This document shows, piece after piece, positions 54,655-64,000 of a stretch of 64,000 bases of DNA. Where the stretch lies: assembly GCA_963783305.1 (NCBI GenBank), contig CAWAMW010000015.1:192001-256000 (forward strand). Reading direction: 5' to 3'. Made by a program: the position numbers and the translations under genes. The notes under the pieces are model-generated. The model was given only the letters and a program-made list of their open reading frames with translations, was not told the origin of the DNA and did no database searches. Source of the DNA: an uncultured Gemmatimonadales bacterium (GTDB lineage Bacteria; Gemmatimonadota; Gemmatimonadetes; Longimicrobiales; RSA9). Each line of letters opens with the position of its first letter. Position 1 is the stretch's first letter.

Positions 54655-55240
54655 TGGTCTCCGCCTCGCCGCTGGGTGCCGCCGGATCCGGCAGTACGTA
54701 CGTCTCGATGATGAACGAAGCCTGAAGACGTCCGTTCTCGGCCGTGCGGCCGTGGGGCGTGAGGCTCAGGTCCGTGGGAGTAATAATCCGCGGCAACGAT
54801 CCGATCTCCGTCAGGAAGCGCCCGATCTCGTGATATCCGCCATGGACGGTCATCTCAAAGGTGCGCCTGTTGTAGTGGGTGCCGGCGGTGGTCCGGCCCG
54901 GCGTGAAGCGGGCAACGGTGACGCCGATCTGGTCCGCTCGCTGGCTGATGGTGTTGAGGAGCTGAGAAACCTCCTCACTGCGTGGCACGAGCTCCTCGAG
55001 CCGTCCGATATGGCGCTCGAACCGCACCAGTCGCTCCTCCAGCTGTCGGCTCTCTGGAGCGCGGAGGCGCGCCTGCGCGTTCCGCCGCTCCAGCGACTCC
55101 TGCCGCGTTTCCATGGCCTGGAGCTCGGTCACGTAGTCGCCGTGCAGGAAGTACCAGTAGCCGAACAGCAGCAGCAGCGGAATCAGGCCGATCAGCAGAC
55201 GCTTCTGCTGGGCCGGATCTTCAGGAAGTCCCAGTGCCAT
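54647..55240 (-). CDS. pilO: Type IV pilus assembly protein PilO
   Basis: Single TM, coiled coil, VP..EEV..LL, GGYHEIGRFL..I..LPRII. Confidence 0.9.
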   Translation of the reverse strand: MALGLPEDPAQQKRLLIGLIPLLLLFGYWYFLHGDYVTELQAMETRQESLERRNAQARLRAPESRQLEERLVRFERHIGRLEELVPRSEEVSQLLNTISQRADQIGVTVARFTPGRTTAGTHYNRRTFEMTVHGGYHEIGRFLTEIGSLPRIITPTDLSLTPHGRTAENGRLQASFIIETYVLPDPAAPSGEAETSE

Positions 55241-55916
55241 TGTCGGCCTCCTCTACGGCTGTATCGCCCGGCTCGAAGAGCGGAACGGTCTCGATCACGT
55301 CGAGCGGCGGGACCTGGTACTGCCCGGTGAGGCCGAAGTTGTTCACGACCTTGGTCGGGTCACCACCGATCTGGGCCTGCTCGCTGCTGACGAGCTGAAT
55401 GTTGCGCAGGAACGGCGAGGCCTCGAGAGCGTCCATGAACCGGGTGAGAGCGGGCAGGCTGCCCGTCCGTCCCTGGATCTGGAAAGCGGGCTGCGTGCTG
55501 CTGCCGTCCACGGCGTCCACGGCCTCGAGCCAGGTGAACGGGGGCAGTGCGCGGCTGACCTCGTCGAGGATATGCGGCCAGATGAAGCGACCGGCGTCGA
55601 TTTCCTGAATGATATTGAGCTTCTGGGCAATGGTGTCCTGCCGGGCCCGAAGCCGGGTCTGGGTCTGGATGACCGCGCTGTACCGGGCGGAATCCGCCGC
55701 GGCCTGATCGAGCGCGATCTGGACCTCCGTCATGTCGCCGCGTACGCCGAGGAACAGCCAGAGTCCGACCACCGGCCCGAGGATCCACGCCAGGGCGATG
55801 AACCATGCCATGCGGTCCATTTCGGGCATGGCGGACGGCATCTTGAATGGCAGCCCGGAGAGGCCTGCTCGTTTTGGGCGCTTCTCGGCGCCGGGTAGGA
55901 GATTGATATGAATCAT
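55221..55916 (-). CDS. pilN: Type IV pilus assembly protein PilN
   Basis: N-terminal INLLP motif, TM, W..ILDE.S.ALP..TWL, FM..LE.SPF. Confidence 0.93.
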   Translation of the reverse strand: MIHINLLPGAEKRPKRAGLSGLPFKMPSAMPEMDRMAWFIALAWILGPVVGLWLFLGVRGDMTEVQIALDQAAADSARYSAVIQTQTRLRARQDTIAQKLNIIQEIDAGRFIWPHILDEVSRALPPFTWLEAVDAVDGSSTQPAFQIQGRTGSLPALTRFMDALEASPFLRNIQLVSSEQAQIGGDPTKVVNNFGLTGQYQVPPLDVIETVPLFEPGDTAVEEADNGTGTS

Positions 55917-55923
55917 GACTGCG

Positions 55924-56961
55924 TCACACCCTCCGCATGGCGAGACCCACGGGCAGCATCAGCATGGGTGCCAGCTCGTCCACCGCGACCTCCATGGTGA
56001 CCTCCGGACTTACGGCGACACGCTCGAGTGGGTTGGCCATCTGTGTAGCGACACCGAGGCGATCACCGAGCGCTGCTACCACGCCTGGGACCCGGGCCCC
56101 GCCGCCCGAAAGGAACACCTGTGTTACGCCCTCGCCGCCCGACTGGGCGGTGATGAATGCAATGGCACGCTCGATCCCCACCGCCAGCTCGTCCACCCGC
56201 TCGAGGACGAATGATTCGAGATCGACCGCCGCTTCCCTGCCCTGGATCACCGCCTCCGCCTGTTCGGCCGTGAAGCCGCGCTCGCGCTGGAGCGCCTCGC
56301 GGATCCGCCGGGATCCGAAGGGAATGTCCCGGACCACGATGGGGATCCCCTCGTCCAGTATGTTCACGTTGGCGGTTTCATGGCCAATGTTCACGAGCGC
56401 GACCATCCCGGCCATGCTGTCCGGGTAGCTCTGCTCGAACGCGTTGTGGAGCGCGAAGGCGTCCACGTCGATCACCACGGGCCTGAGGCCGGCATCGGCG
56501 AGCAGCGTCATCCGGTTCTCGATAAGCTCCCGCTTCGCGGCCACGAGCAGGACGGACATCTGGGCCCCATCCTCGTCCGGATCCAGGATCTGGAAGTCGA
56601 GCTGGACGCTCTCCATATCGAACGGGACGTGCTGGTGGGCCTCCCACCGGATCAGCTCCCGGGCCTCGGAGTCATCCATGCGATCCATCTGGATCTTCTT
56701 GATGATCACGTCGTGGCCGCCCACGGCCGCCACGACCTCCTTGGTGCCCAGGCCCGCGGACTCGACGACGGCGCGGATCGTGTCAACAACCAACACGGGG
56801 TCCATGACCTCGCCCTCCACGATGGCGTCGGGGACCAACGCGCTGGTGGCGATCTTCGTGATCTCGGGATCGCCCTTGGAATGATCCACGGCGACCAGCT
56901 TCACGAAGCCACTGCCGATGTCCAGCCCCGCGGTGACCTTGCTTCGGCCGAAAAGTCCCAT
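55924..56961 (-). CDS. pilM: Type IV pilus assembly protein PilM
   Basis: GLDIGS..VK, EA..HVPF, LDFQ, VAAK, VNIG, LSGGGA, GLAMR. Confidence 0.95.
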   Translation of the reverse strand: MGLFGRSKVTAGLDIGSGFVKLVAVDHSKGDPEITKIATSALVPDAIVEGEVMDPVLVVDTIRAVVESAGLGTKEVVAAVGGHDVIIKKIQMDRMDDSEARELIRWEAHQHVPFDMESVQLDFQILDPDEDGAQMSVLLVAAKRELIENRMTLLADAGLRPVVIDVDAFALHNAFEQSYPDSMAGMVALVNIGHETANVNILDEGIPIVVRDIPFGSRRIREALQRERGFTAEQAEAVIQGREAAVDLESFVLERVDELAVGIERAIAFITAQSGGEGVTQVFLSGGGARVPGVVAALGDRLGVATQMANPLERVAVSPEVTMEVAVDELAPMLMLPVGLAMRRV

Positions 56962-57011
56962 TCGTCAGGATCCGTTAGTAACGTGGGAAGGTCGTTGTGG
57001 CGGAGTGTGAC

Positions 57012-57040
57012 AGGCTACTTCCGCCGCGGATGCGTGTCAA
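57012..57040 (-). promoter_or_regulatory. sigma70 promoter of pilM operon
   Basis: TTGACA-17nt-TAGCCT. Confidence 0.7.
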
Positions 57041-57078
57041 TGCGTGAACCCGAGAATCTCGGGCGATGCCGGTCCGGC

Positions 57079-58260
57079 TCACAGTCCGGCCAGGGGCGGC
57101 GAATCAATGATCCAGCCCCGAACGGCGAGCGGCTCGATGCGGAGGGCGGCGTTCAGCGCCTTCTGGATCTCGCAGCTGTTGTAGTGGACCTGGGCGTTAC
57201 CCGACGTAGTGCTCTCGGTGTCGATCTCGCTGTTACCGCGCGCGATGACCGTCCCGTTGATCTTCCCGGTGCCCAGCCCCGTGCCGCGCATCTTGAAGCT
57301 CCCCATGACGATGACGACGCCGGTGAACTCGAAGTTGCCCGCCAGCTCCAGATCGCCGTCCACGATCAGGACCCCCTGTCCGCGGCCGGTGGTGAGCTTC
57401 ATGTCGCCGGCCACGTGGATCACGGGATAGTGCTCCGCGCACTCGGCGACGTGATCCGAATGGGTGGAGTCCAGGGGCTCACCCCAGTTGGAGGCATCGC
57501 TCGTGTCGCAGAGGTCGACACCGCTCTCCGTAGCGAGGCTGGGCGCCATGTTGGACGGGTCCGCTCCGCTTGGGTATTTCAGGGTGGCGGCCGCCCTGAA
57601 CGGATCGACGTCGAACGCCTCCAGGACGGTCAGCAGGTTGGGGTCCTGATCGACGGGCGGATCGCCCATGATCCGGTTCTCGTGGGGGTTCTTCTGAATC
57701 CCGGTGACGAGCGACGTATCCGCGGCCATGACGCCTGGAACGGAATCGGCGGCCGCGCACTGATCGGCGCCGTTCACGAGCGAGTTGCCGCCGGCGTCGA
57801 ACTCGCCATAGACGGTCATGGCCGACTTGTACGGCAGCTCCGTGCGGGAAGCGGACACCAGGCGCGCGATCCGGCGGGTGGCGGTGTCCCGCCCCTGCAC
57901 CACGCGGCCTTCCGACTGGATTATGTAGGCGCTGCTGTCCGGCGCCAGCGCGAGGACGTAGGCCATGTAGGTCTCGTCACCGCCGGTGCCGTCGTGGGCA
58001 TTGAACCGGCCGAAGGTGTCCACCGTCCCCACGGGGATGTGCTCGAGATCGGAATTCTTCCAGCGGGCCATGCGCTCCTCGATGCCATACTCCGCCGCGA
58101 GCAGCGCGCGGCTGCCGAGGTCGGTGCTCACGCTGACGTCGTGCTCCTGCGCGGAGACGTAGAAGCCGCCCGTGAGGATAGCGCCGATGACGAACATGGC
58201 CAGCAGAGTGGCGGGCAAGGCGAAGCCCGCGCGACTGTAATTGTGTCTATCGTGGCTCAT
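57079..58260 (-). CDS. PilX/GspK-like large minor pilin (module A)
   Basis: G|FALPATLL (no Glu5), A..AAE.G helix motif, long C-terminal domain with GxLxVxG repeats. Confidence 0.8.
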   Translation of the reverse strand: MSHDRHNYSRAGFALPATLLAMFVIGAILTGGFYVSAQEHDVSVSTDLGSRALLAAEYGIEERMARWKNSDLEHIPVGTVDTFGRFNAHDGTGGDETYMAYVLALAPDSSAYIIQSEGRVVQGRDTATRRIARLVSASRTELPYKSAMTVYGEFDAGGNSLVNGADQCAAADSVPGVMAADTSLVTGIQKNPHENRIMGDPPVDQDPNLLTVLEAFDVDPFRAAATLKYPSGADPSNMAPSLATESGVDLCDTSDASNWGEPLDSTHSDHVAECAEHYPVIHVAGDMKLTTGRGQGVLIVDGDLELAGNFEFTGVVIVMGSFKMRGTGLGTGKINGTVIARGNSEIDTESTTSGNAQVHYNSCEIQKALNAALRIEPLAVRGWIIDSPPLAGL

Positions 58261-58268
58261 ATCCCACC

Positions 58269-59123
58269 TCAGTTGTTCCGCAGGAAAACGCTGCTCGAAA
58301 GCTCAACGGGATCGGCACCTGCCCGCGGCGCGGCGACCGCAGTGATCAGGATGGTGGCGATGTCCGTGGGGTTCACTGGCGTCGCCGTGATGGTGTCTCG
58401 GCTGGAATCCAGGTAGGTGAAGGTCAGCCCCGCCCCCGGTTCGTCCAGCCCGACGACGATCTCATCGACGCTGTCGCCACTCCTCCGGCCGAGTCCCCAG
58501 CGCCCGTCGAAGGCATAGAGCCCGTAGGTGACCTTCTCGAGGACGCGAACGGGTGCGCCGCGCCGGACCGAGGCGAGGAAGGCCGAGCCGGGATCGCCGC
58601 CGGTGAGACTGAGGAGATTGATCCTCTGCTCGGCCGTGCCACCGGGGCTGGCCGGGCACGCCACGCTGGACGAACCGACGCTGTGGGCCCTGGCGATCAG
58701 CCAGCGGTCCGGAGTCCCCGTGGTGGCATCGGCCTCCTGAAAGATGAGGACGGGATCGCCGTCCGCCACCGGTGTCGAGGTACTCGGAGACCAGAGGGCG
58801 AGGCGGCGATCGGAGGGCAGCACCTCACAGACGAAGGCCAGAGTGCGCTGCGCCCGGAACTGTATGCTGTCGGCAGTAGCGATCAGGATGTCCGAGGCGC
58901 CAATGGTATCGCCGCCCTGCGTGGCGATCTCGCGGAGCTCCGACTCCAGGATGCCCACAGCGGAGCGGAGCGAGTCATGGCTGCGGATCATGTCGCTGGT
59001 GGTCCGGGAGGCCCGCTCCTGGCTGATCAACGACTGGTAGGCCGCGCCTATGATCACGGCGCCGAGAACGGCGACCACCAGCAGCTCGACCAGGGTGAAC
59101 CCTGCACGTCGCGTACGGATCAT
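58269..59123 (-). CDS. PilW/GspJ-like minor pilin (module A)
   Basis: RRAG|FTLVELLVV; L..ELR motif; ATGA overlap. Confidence 0.85.
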   Translation of the reverse strand: MIRTRRAGFTLVELLVVAVLGAVIIGAAYQSLISQERASRTTSDMIRSHDSLRSAVGILESELREIATQGGDTIGASDILIATADSIQFRAQRTLAFVCEVLPSDRRLALWSPSTSTPVADGDPVLIFQEADATTGTPDRWLIARAHSVGSSSVACPASPGGTAEQRINLLSLTGGDPGSAFLASVRRGAPVRVLEKVTYGLYAFDGRWGLGRRSGDSVDEIVVGLDEPGAGLTFTYLDSSRDTITATPVNPTDIATILITAVAAPRAGADPVELSSSVFLRNN

Positions 59124-59515
59124 GATGTGGGCTGGGCACGGGTGATCATGAGCGTATCCGCGATCGCGGGTCGGATCCGACCGCCGCTGTAGCCCGGACC
59201 GCTGGTGATGATCTGGAGGTCCTTGAGCTGGAGCCGCGTGGTCACGAAGACACAGTCGACGGAGAAGCCGTTCGAGAGGACGGGGAACAAGCTCTCGCAC
59301 TCCGACTCCAGGTCGTCCCAGGGGACGGTCCGGAGGAGCTCCGTGGCCTCACGCACGCTCACCGCCCGATCGGTGCGCAGGGATGCGGCATGGACCTGGT
59401 TCATGATGAACCCCGTGGACGCCCCCATGGCCAGCACGGCGACGCTCAGCAGGAGCATGGCGAGGATCACCTCGACCAGCGAGAAGCCGGACCGGTCGCT
59501 CCGCACCCCGATCAC
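59120..59515 (-). CDS. PilV/GspI-like minor pilin (module A)
   Basis: RSG|FSLVEVILAMLLL; E.LR..PWD.L; GTGA overlap. Confidence 0.85.
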   Translation of the reverse strand: MIGVRSDRSGFSLVEVILAMLLLSVAVLAMGASTGFIMNQVHAASLRTDRAVSVREATELLRTVPWDDLESECESLFPVLSNGFSVDCVFVTTRLQLKDLQIITSGPGYSGGRIRPAIADTLMITRAQPTS

Positions 59516-60018
59516 CACGTCACCTGCCCCGCCCCGTTCACGACGAATGCGAGGGTGTCCGAGGCATGGCTGACCCGAACCGTAGCTGGTAGGCCGGAGC
59601 TGCAGCCCGGGTCCGCAAAGCCTGCCGGGACATAGCAGATGACCACGGTGCCGGCCGCGCTGAGATCCGCGCGGATGTCGCCGCTGCCGAGATCCAGCGT
59701 TTCGAGTGTCCCACCATTGCTCAACACGGTGACCGAGTCGCTGTACGGAACCATTTTTACCTTGACCTTGTCGCCCCGCTGGATCGCGGAAGCCCGCGCC
59801 CTGGAGGCAACGGCCGCCACCGCTTCGCGTGCGTTCACCAGCGACCTCCGCTGGAGGTATTCGCTCGCGGGCGGAATGGCGATGGCCGCCAGGATCCCGG
59901 CGATCACCAGGACGAGGAGGAGCTCGACCAGAGTGAAGCCTGGCTGGCGGGCCCACGACCGCGGCCGTCTGAAGCTGAACGATTGGGTAATCACGGCCGG
60001 GATAGATACGATATTCAT
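59512..60018 (-). CDS. FimT/FimU/GspH-like minor pilin (module A)
   Basis: QPG|FTLVELLLVLVIAGILAAIAIP; ARA.AI.RG. Start uncertain. Confidence 0.87.
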   Translation of the reverse strand: MNIVSIPAVITQSFSFRRPRSWARQPGFTLVELLLVLVIAGILAAIAIPPASEYLQRRSLVNAREAVAAVASRARASAIQRGDKVKVKMVPYSDSVTVLSNGGTLETLDLGSGDIRADLSAAGTVVICYVPAGFADPGCSSGLPATVRVSHASDTLAFVVNGAGQVTW

Positions 60019-60118
60019 GCCCAGCCCCCCGCCAGTGCGTGGGGAGGGGGAACAGCGGGATTACGGCCTCTCCGGGTACGACATTAGTTGCTGGTCGCAC
60101 TACAAATTTCCGCCCGTT

Positions 60119-61150
60119 TCAGAAGGATGGAACCCACCACCGGTGTGGTGGGCGGAAGGCCTGATCGAGAGCTGGCGCGGCCAGAGCCTCGGTGAGTGCG
60201 CAGCCATCGCGGCGGACGGTGCCATCGCGCACCAGGACCTCACGGGCCCTGACGGCGCCGTCGACGCGACTGCCCTCGTCGATGGTGAGGCGGCCGCGGA
60301 CGACCACGAGTCCTGAATAGTGTGCGCCGTCCAGGAGATGGGCGTCGCCCTCGACCACGAGAACGCCCCTCCCTTCCCCGCCGATCATGGTGAGGGGGTC
60401 GGTGACGTGGACGAACGGCCGGAGGTCGTGGCAGGGGTGGTCTGGATCGAGGGCGCCCCAGTTCTGGTCGGCGGGGATGCACCCGTCGGGGCCGGCCAGT
60501 GGGAGTGGTGTGAGGGTGTGGGCTGCGGGGGTGACGGTGGCGAGAGCGGCGGCGAGGGTGGTTCCGAAGGGGTCGGGCAGGAGAGCGGCGGCGACGGCTT
60601 CGCTTCGGATCGGGGGGTCTCCCACGACCAGCGCCCCGGGCTGGACTGTATTCGCGGGGGCGTGAACCCCCGGGACCGCGGGTGCGCAGGAATCCTGTCC
60701 GCTCACCAGCCCCTCCTGGACCTCGGCGTAGTCGATGGCGGTGACCGCGGCGGTGAATTCCGTGGCCATGGCGGCGGGCTGGAGCGTCCGCACCAGGAGC
60801 GCCGCCCGTGCGACAGCGGCGGGATGGAGGGTCTCGTGGCCGGGCTCCGCGCTCACCGCCCGCACGAGGTAGAGGCCGCTGTCGAGGCGGATGACCATGG
60901 TCGCAAGGGCGCCCATGGGGCCTGGCGCGCTGTCCCCGAGAGCGAGCTCCGAATAGGCGCGGGTGGACCAGTGGTCGACCGCGTCGAGCGCCGCGGCTTC
61001 GGCGGCGGCCCGGGCGGTCGCCTGGCGGGTGATCGCGGCCGCGAGCATGCTTTCGCCGCTCCCAGTGGCCAGCATGCCGAGCGCCGCAATGGACAGGACC
61101 ATCACGAAGAGCATGGCATAGACGAGGATGAAGCCCGGGCGGGATCTCAA
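60119..61150 (-). CDS. PilX/GspK-like large minor pilin (module B)
   Basis: RPG|FILVYAML (no Glu5), ARAAAEAA, paralogous to 57079-58260; TTGA overlap. Confidence 0.78.
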   Translation of the reverse strand: MRSRPGFILVYAMLFVMVLSIAALGMLATGSGESMLAAAITRQATARAAAEAAALDAVDHWSTRAYSELALGDSAPGPMGALATMVIRLDSGLYLVRAVSAEPGHETLHPAAVARAALLVRTLQPAAMATEFTAAVTAIDYAEVQEGLVSGQDSCAPAVPGVHAPANTVQPGALVVGDPPIRSEAVAAALLPDPFGTTLAAALATVTPAAHTLTPLPLAGPDGCIPADQNWGALDPDHPCHDLRPFVHVTDPLTMIGGEGRGVLVVEGDAHLLDGAHYSGLVVVRGRLTIDEGSRVDGAVRAREVLVRDGTVRRDGCALTEALAAPALDQAFRPPHRWWVPSF

Positions 61151-61872
61151 GGGACCGCTCCGTTGTGCAGGTGAATGGGCAGCAGGGTGAGAGAGTCCTG
61201 GAGGCGCGGGAGCGAATCCGGGTGGAACGGGAGCCGGACGAGGAGCCCCTGGCCTTCCCATCGCTCCATGGCGCCGCCGGCCAGGACCGCCTCCGTCAGT
61301 GGCTGCCGACCGGCCGCGCCCCGTCGGTAGCGCAGCGCCCCATCCGAGATCGCGTACGTGCCGGTCTCGAACACCAGGGCCATCCCCCCCGCAGCGGTGA
61401 CCAGCCCGCTCAGCGCCACCCGGAGTCCGCCATCGCAGACCGGATCGGAGCTGACTGCGACGATGCGGAAGGCCTCCCCGCTGAGAGAACCGTCGTGGAC
61501 GAGGAGCAGGGAGTCCTTCGCGGGATCTGGAAGCCGGACGCCGCGGAATCCGATCACGAGCTCACCGCCCGTGGCGCCGCAGACGGGACCCCCACCCCGG
61601 ATGGCCCGGATCCGCAGCGAGTCCCCGGCGAACGCCACTACATCGGCCGGGGCGAGCCACCGGAGCTCCGCTCCCAGCACCGTGTGTGTGATCCGGATCA
61701 CCTCGGCCGCCCGCAGCCGGTCGGCGGTGCGCGCGGCGCTGCGGCCCTGGGAGCGGGCGAAGCGGGCGAGGGCCAGGAGCACGAGCCCGGAGAGGAAGGC
61801 AACGAGCATCAGCTCGACGAGCGTCGACCCCTGTCGCCGGGAGCCGCGCCGGGAGCCGCGTCGGGAGCCCAC
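61147..61872 (-). CDS. PilW/GspJ-like minor pilin (module B)
   Basis: RRQG|STLVELML; LGAELR; DSL.IRA..G...VC resembles module A PilW. Confidence 0.78.
   Translation of the reverse strand: MGSRRGSRRGSRRQGSTLVELMLVAFLSGLVLLALARFARSQGRSAARTADRLRAAEVIRITHTVLGAELRWLAPADVVAFAGDSLRIRAIRGGGPVCGATGGELVIGFRGVRLPDPAKDSLLLVHDGSLSGEAFRIVAVSSDPVCDGGLRVALSGLVTAAGGMALVFETGTYAISDGALRYRRGAAGRQPLTEAVLAGGAMERWEGQGLLVRLPFHPDSLPRLQDSLTLLPIHLHNGAVP
61834..61869. repeat. 3 x 12-bp tandem repeat encoding GSRR in a prepilin leader
   Basis: tcgccgggagcc / gcgccgggagcc / gcgtcgggagcc. Confidence 0.8.
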
Positions 61873-61873
61873 G

Positions 61874-62242
61874 TCAGGGCTCGCCTGCCGCCGCGAGTCC
61901 GGCATCCGGCAGGACGGGGACCGCGGGCGCCGACCGGCCCTCGAGCTCCACCAGCATCAGGCCATCGACCGTCTCCGCGGTGACGACCAGCTGGCCGGCC
62001 GCCGCGGTCCACCGGATGCGCCAGCCACCGTGCTCCCGCAGTCCGGCGGTGGCGTCGGGAGCCAGTACGAGGGAGTCCAGCACCGCGGCCGCCGCGAACA
62101 CCGCCTCCTGCTGCCGTAGGGCGAAGCTCCCCCGGCGGGTCGCGAGGGTGGATGTCGCTCCCACGCCGACGAGCCCCGCGGCCAGGAGGGTGATCGCCAC
62201 GATCAGCTCGGCGAGGGAATGACCTGGCCGTGACGTCACCAT
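61874..62242 (-). CDS. PilV/GspI-like minor pilin (module B)
   Basis: RPG|HSLAELIVAITLL; hydrophobic helix; overlaps upstream gene. Confidence 0.75.
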   Translation of the reverse strand: MVTSRPGHSLAELIVAITLLAAGLVGVGATSTLATRRGSFALRQQEAVFAAAAVLDSLVLAPDATAGLREHGGWRIRWTAAAGQLVVTAETVDGLMLVELEGRSAPAVPVLPDAGLAAAGEP

Positions 62243-62685
62243 CGGCGGAGCCTGCCATATGCGCTCACGGTGAGCCCCGCTTCAGCGTCCCGCCGGCGGA
62301 TCCACACGGTCCGGCTCGCCAACCTGCCAATGCCGAGGGCGTCGTAGCGGAAGCTGATGGAGTCCCCGGCGCCGGCGTCCACATGAACGTGATAGCGGCC
62401 GTTCAGGTCCACGGGCGGGATCGTCAGGCCGAGATCGCTGCGGGTCCAGAAGCGGCCGGACTCGGGGTGCAGCACCAGCGTTGCACCCGCCGCGGACACG
62501 GCGAGCATGCGGGTGCGGGAGAGGCCGGCGGCGAGCTCATCCCGCGCGGCGTGGACGGCGGCCCTGTCGCGCCAGCGCCCGATGGGGGGATAGGCCACGG
62601 CGATGAGGATGCCGAGGATGGCGAGCACCAGCAGGAGCTCGGCGTGGGTATAGCCCAGCGGCGAACGGCGGAATGGTGGTGTCAT
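62236..62685 (-). CDS. FimT/GspH-like minor pilin (module B)
   Basis: LG|YTHAELLLVLAILGILIAVAYP; GGAGG RBS; C-terminal F...G.G and V...GR. Confidence 0.82.
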   Translation of the reverse strand: MTPPFRRSPLGYTHAELLLVLAILGILIAVAYPPIGRWRDRAAVHAARDELAAGLSRTRMLAVSAAGATLVLHPESGRFWTRSDLGLTIPPVDLNGRYHVHVDAGAGDSISFRYDALGIGRLASRTVWIRRRDAEAGLTVSAYGRLRRW

Positions 62686-62767
62686 GCTCCCCTCCAGTCA
62701 TGGTGACCCGCCCAACATGGACGGCGTGGAGGGGCACTCCCATAGCTGGCTGGGACGACGCGCGGTC

Positions 62768-64000
<1,233 letters not shown>

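Noticed and set aside
48970..58416. Long plus-strand ORFs (732, 408, 657 and 678 aa)
   Set aside because: Antisense shadows of the lipoprotein, pilQ, pilM and pilX genes.
60019..60118. sigma54 promoter or PilR site between the pilin modules
   Set aside because: Only weak matches (GG-N10-GT; imperfect TGCGAC-N11-GTCGTA), too poor to call.

Overview
High-GC bacterial core-genome window, probably Gemmatimonadota (inferred from gene content and order, not verified). In order it contains: the 3' part of mltG and thiE; a 23S-5S rRNA unit with no 16S gene but its own tandem promoters and antitermination boxes; a YciV/RNase AM-like PHP gene; a complete F1Fo ATP synthase operon with a Rex-like operator and a short epsilon subunit; several metabolic and envelope genes; an HD-GYP regulator; pilD; a nupC-PNP-SBP-xapX nucleoside locus; dnaK; degP; tRNA-Leu-tig-clpP-clpX-engB; and a long minus-strand run. 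That run comprises a PilR/AtoC-like regulator, two tandem paralogous minor-pilin modules, pilMNOPQ, a ~1140-aa lipoprotein, aroC-aroK-topA-trmFO-xerC-hslVU and argF-gcvT-mog plus a sigma54 activator. The best leads are the duplicated type IV pilus tip modules (one with non-canonical +1 residues, both with ComZ-like extended PilX proteins), the giant Ig/beta-propeller lipoprotein after pilQ, the self-contained unlinked 23S-5S unit, and three putative sigma54 promoters, two of which share a near-identical RBS-region motif. No mobile elements or CRISPR arrays were seen. All calls come from reading the sequence; no searches were run.
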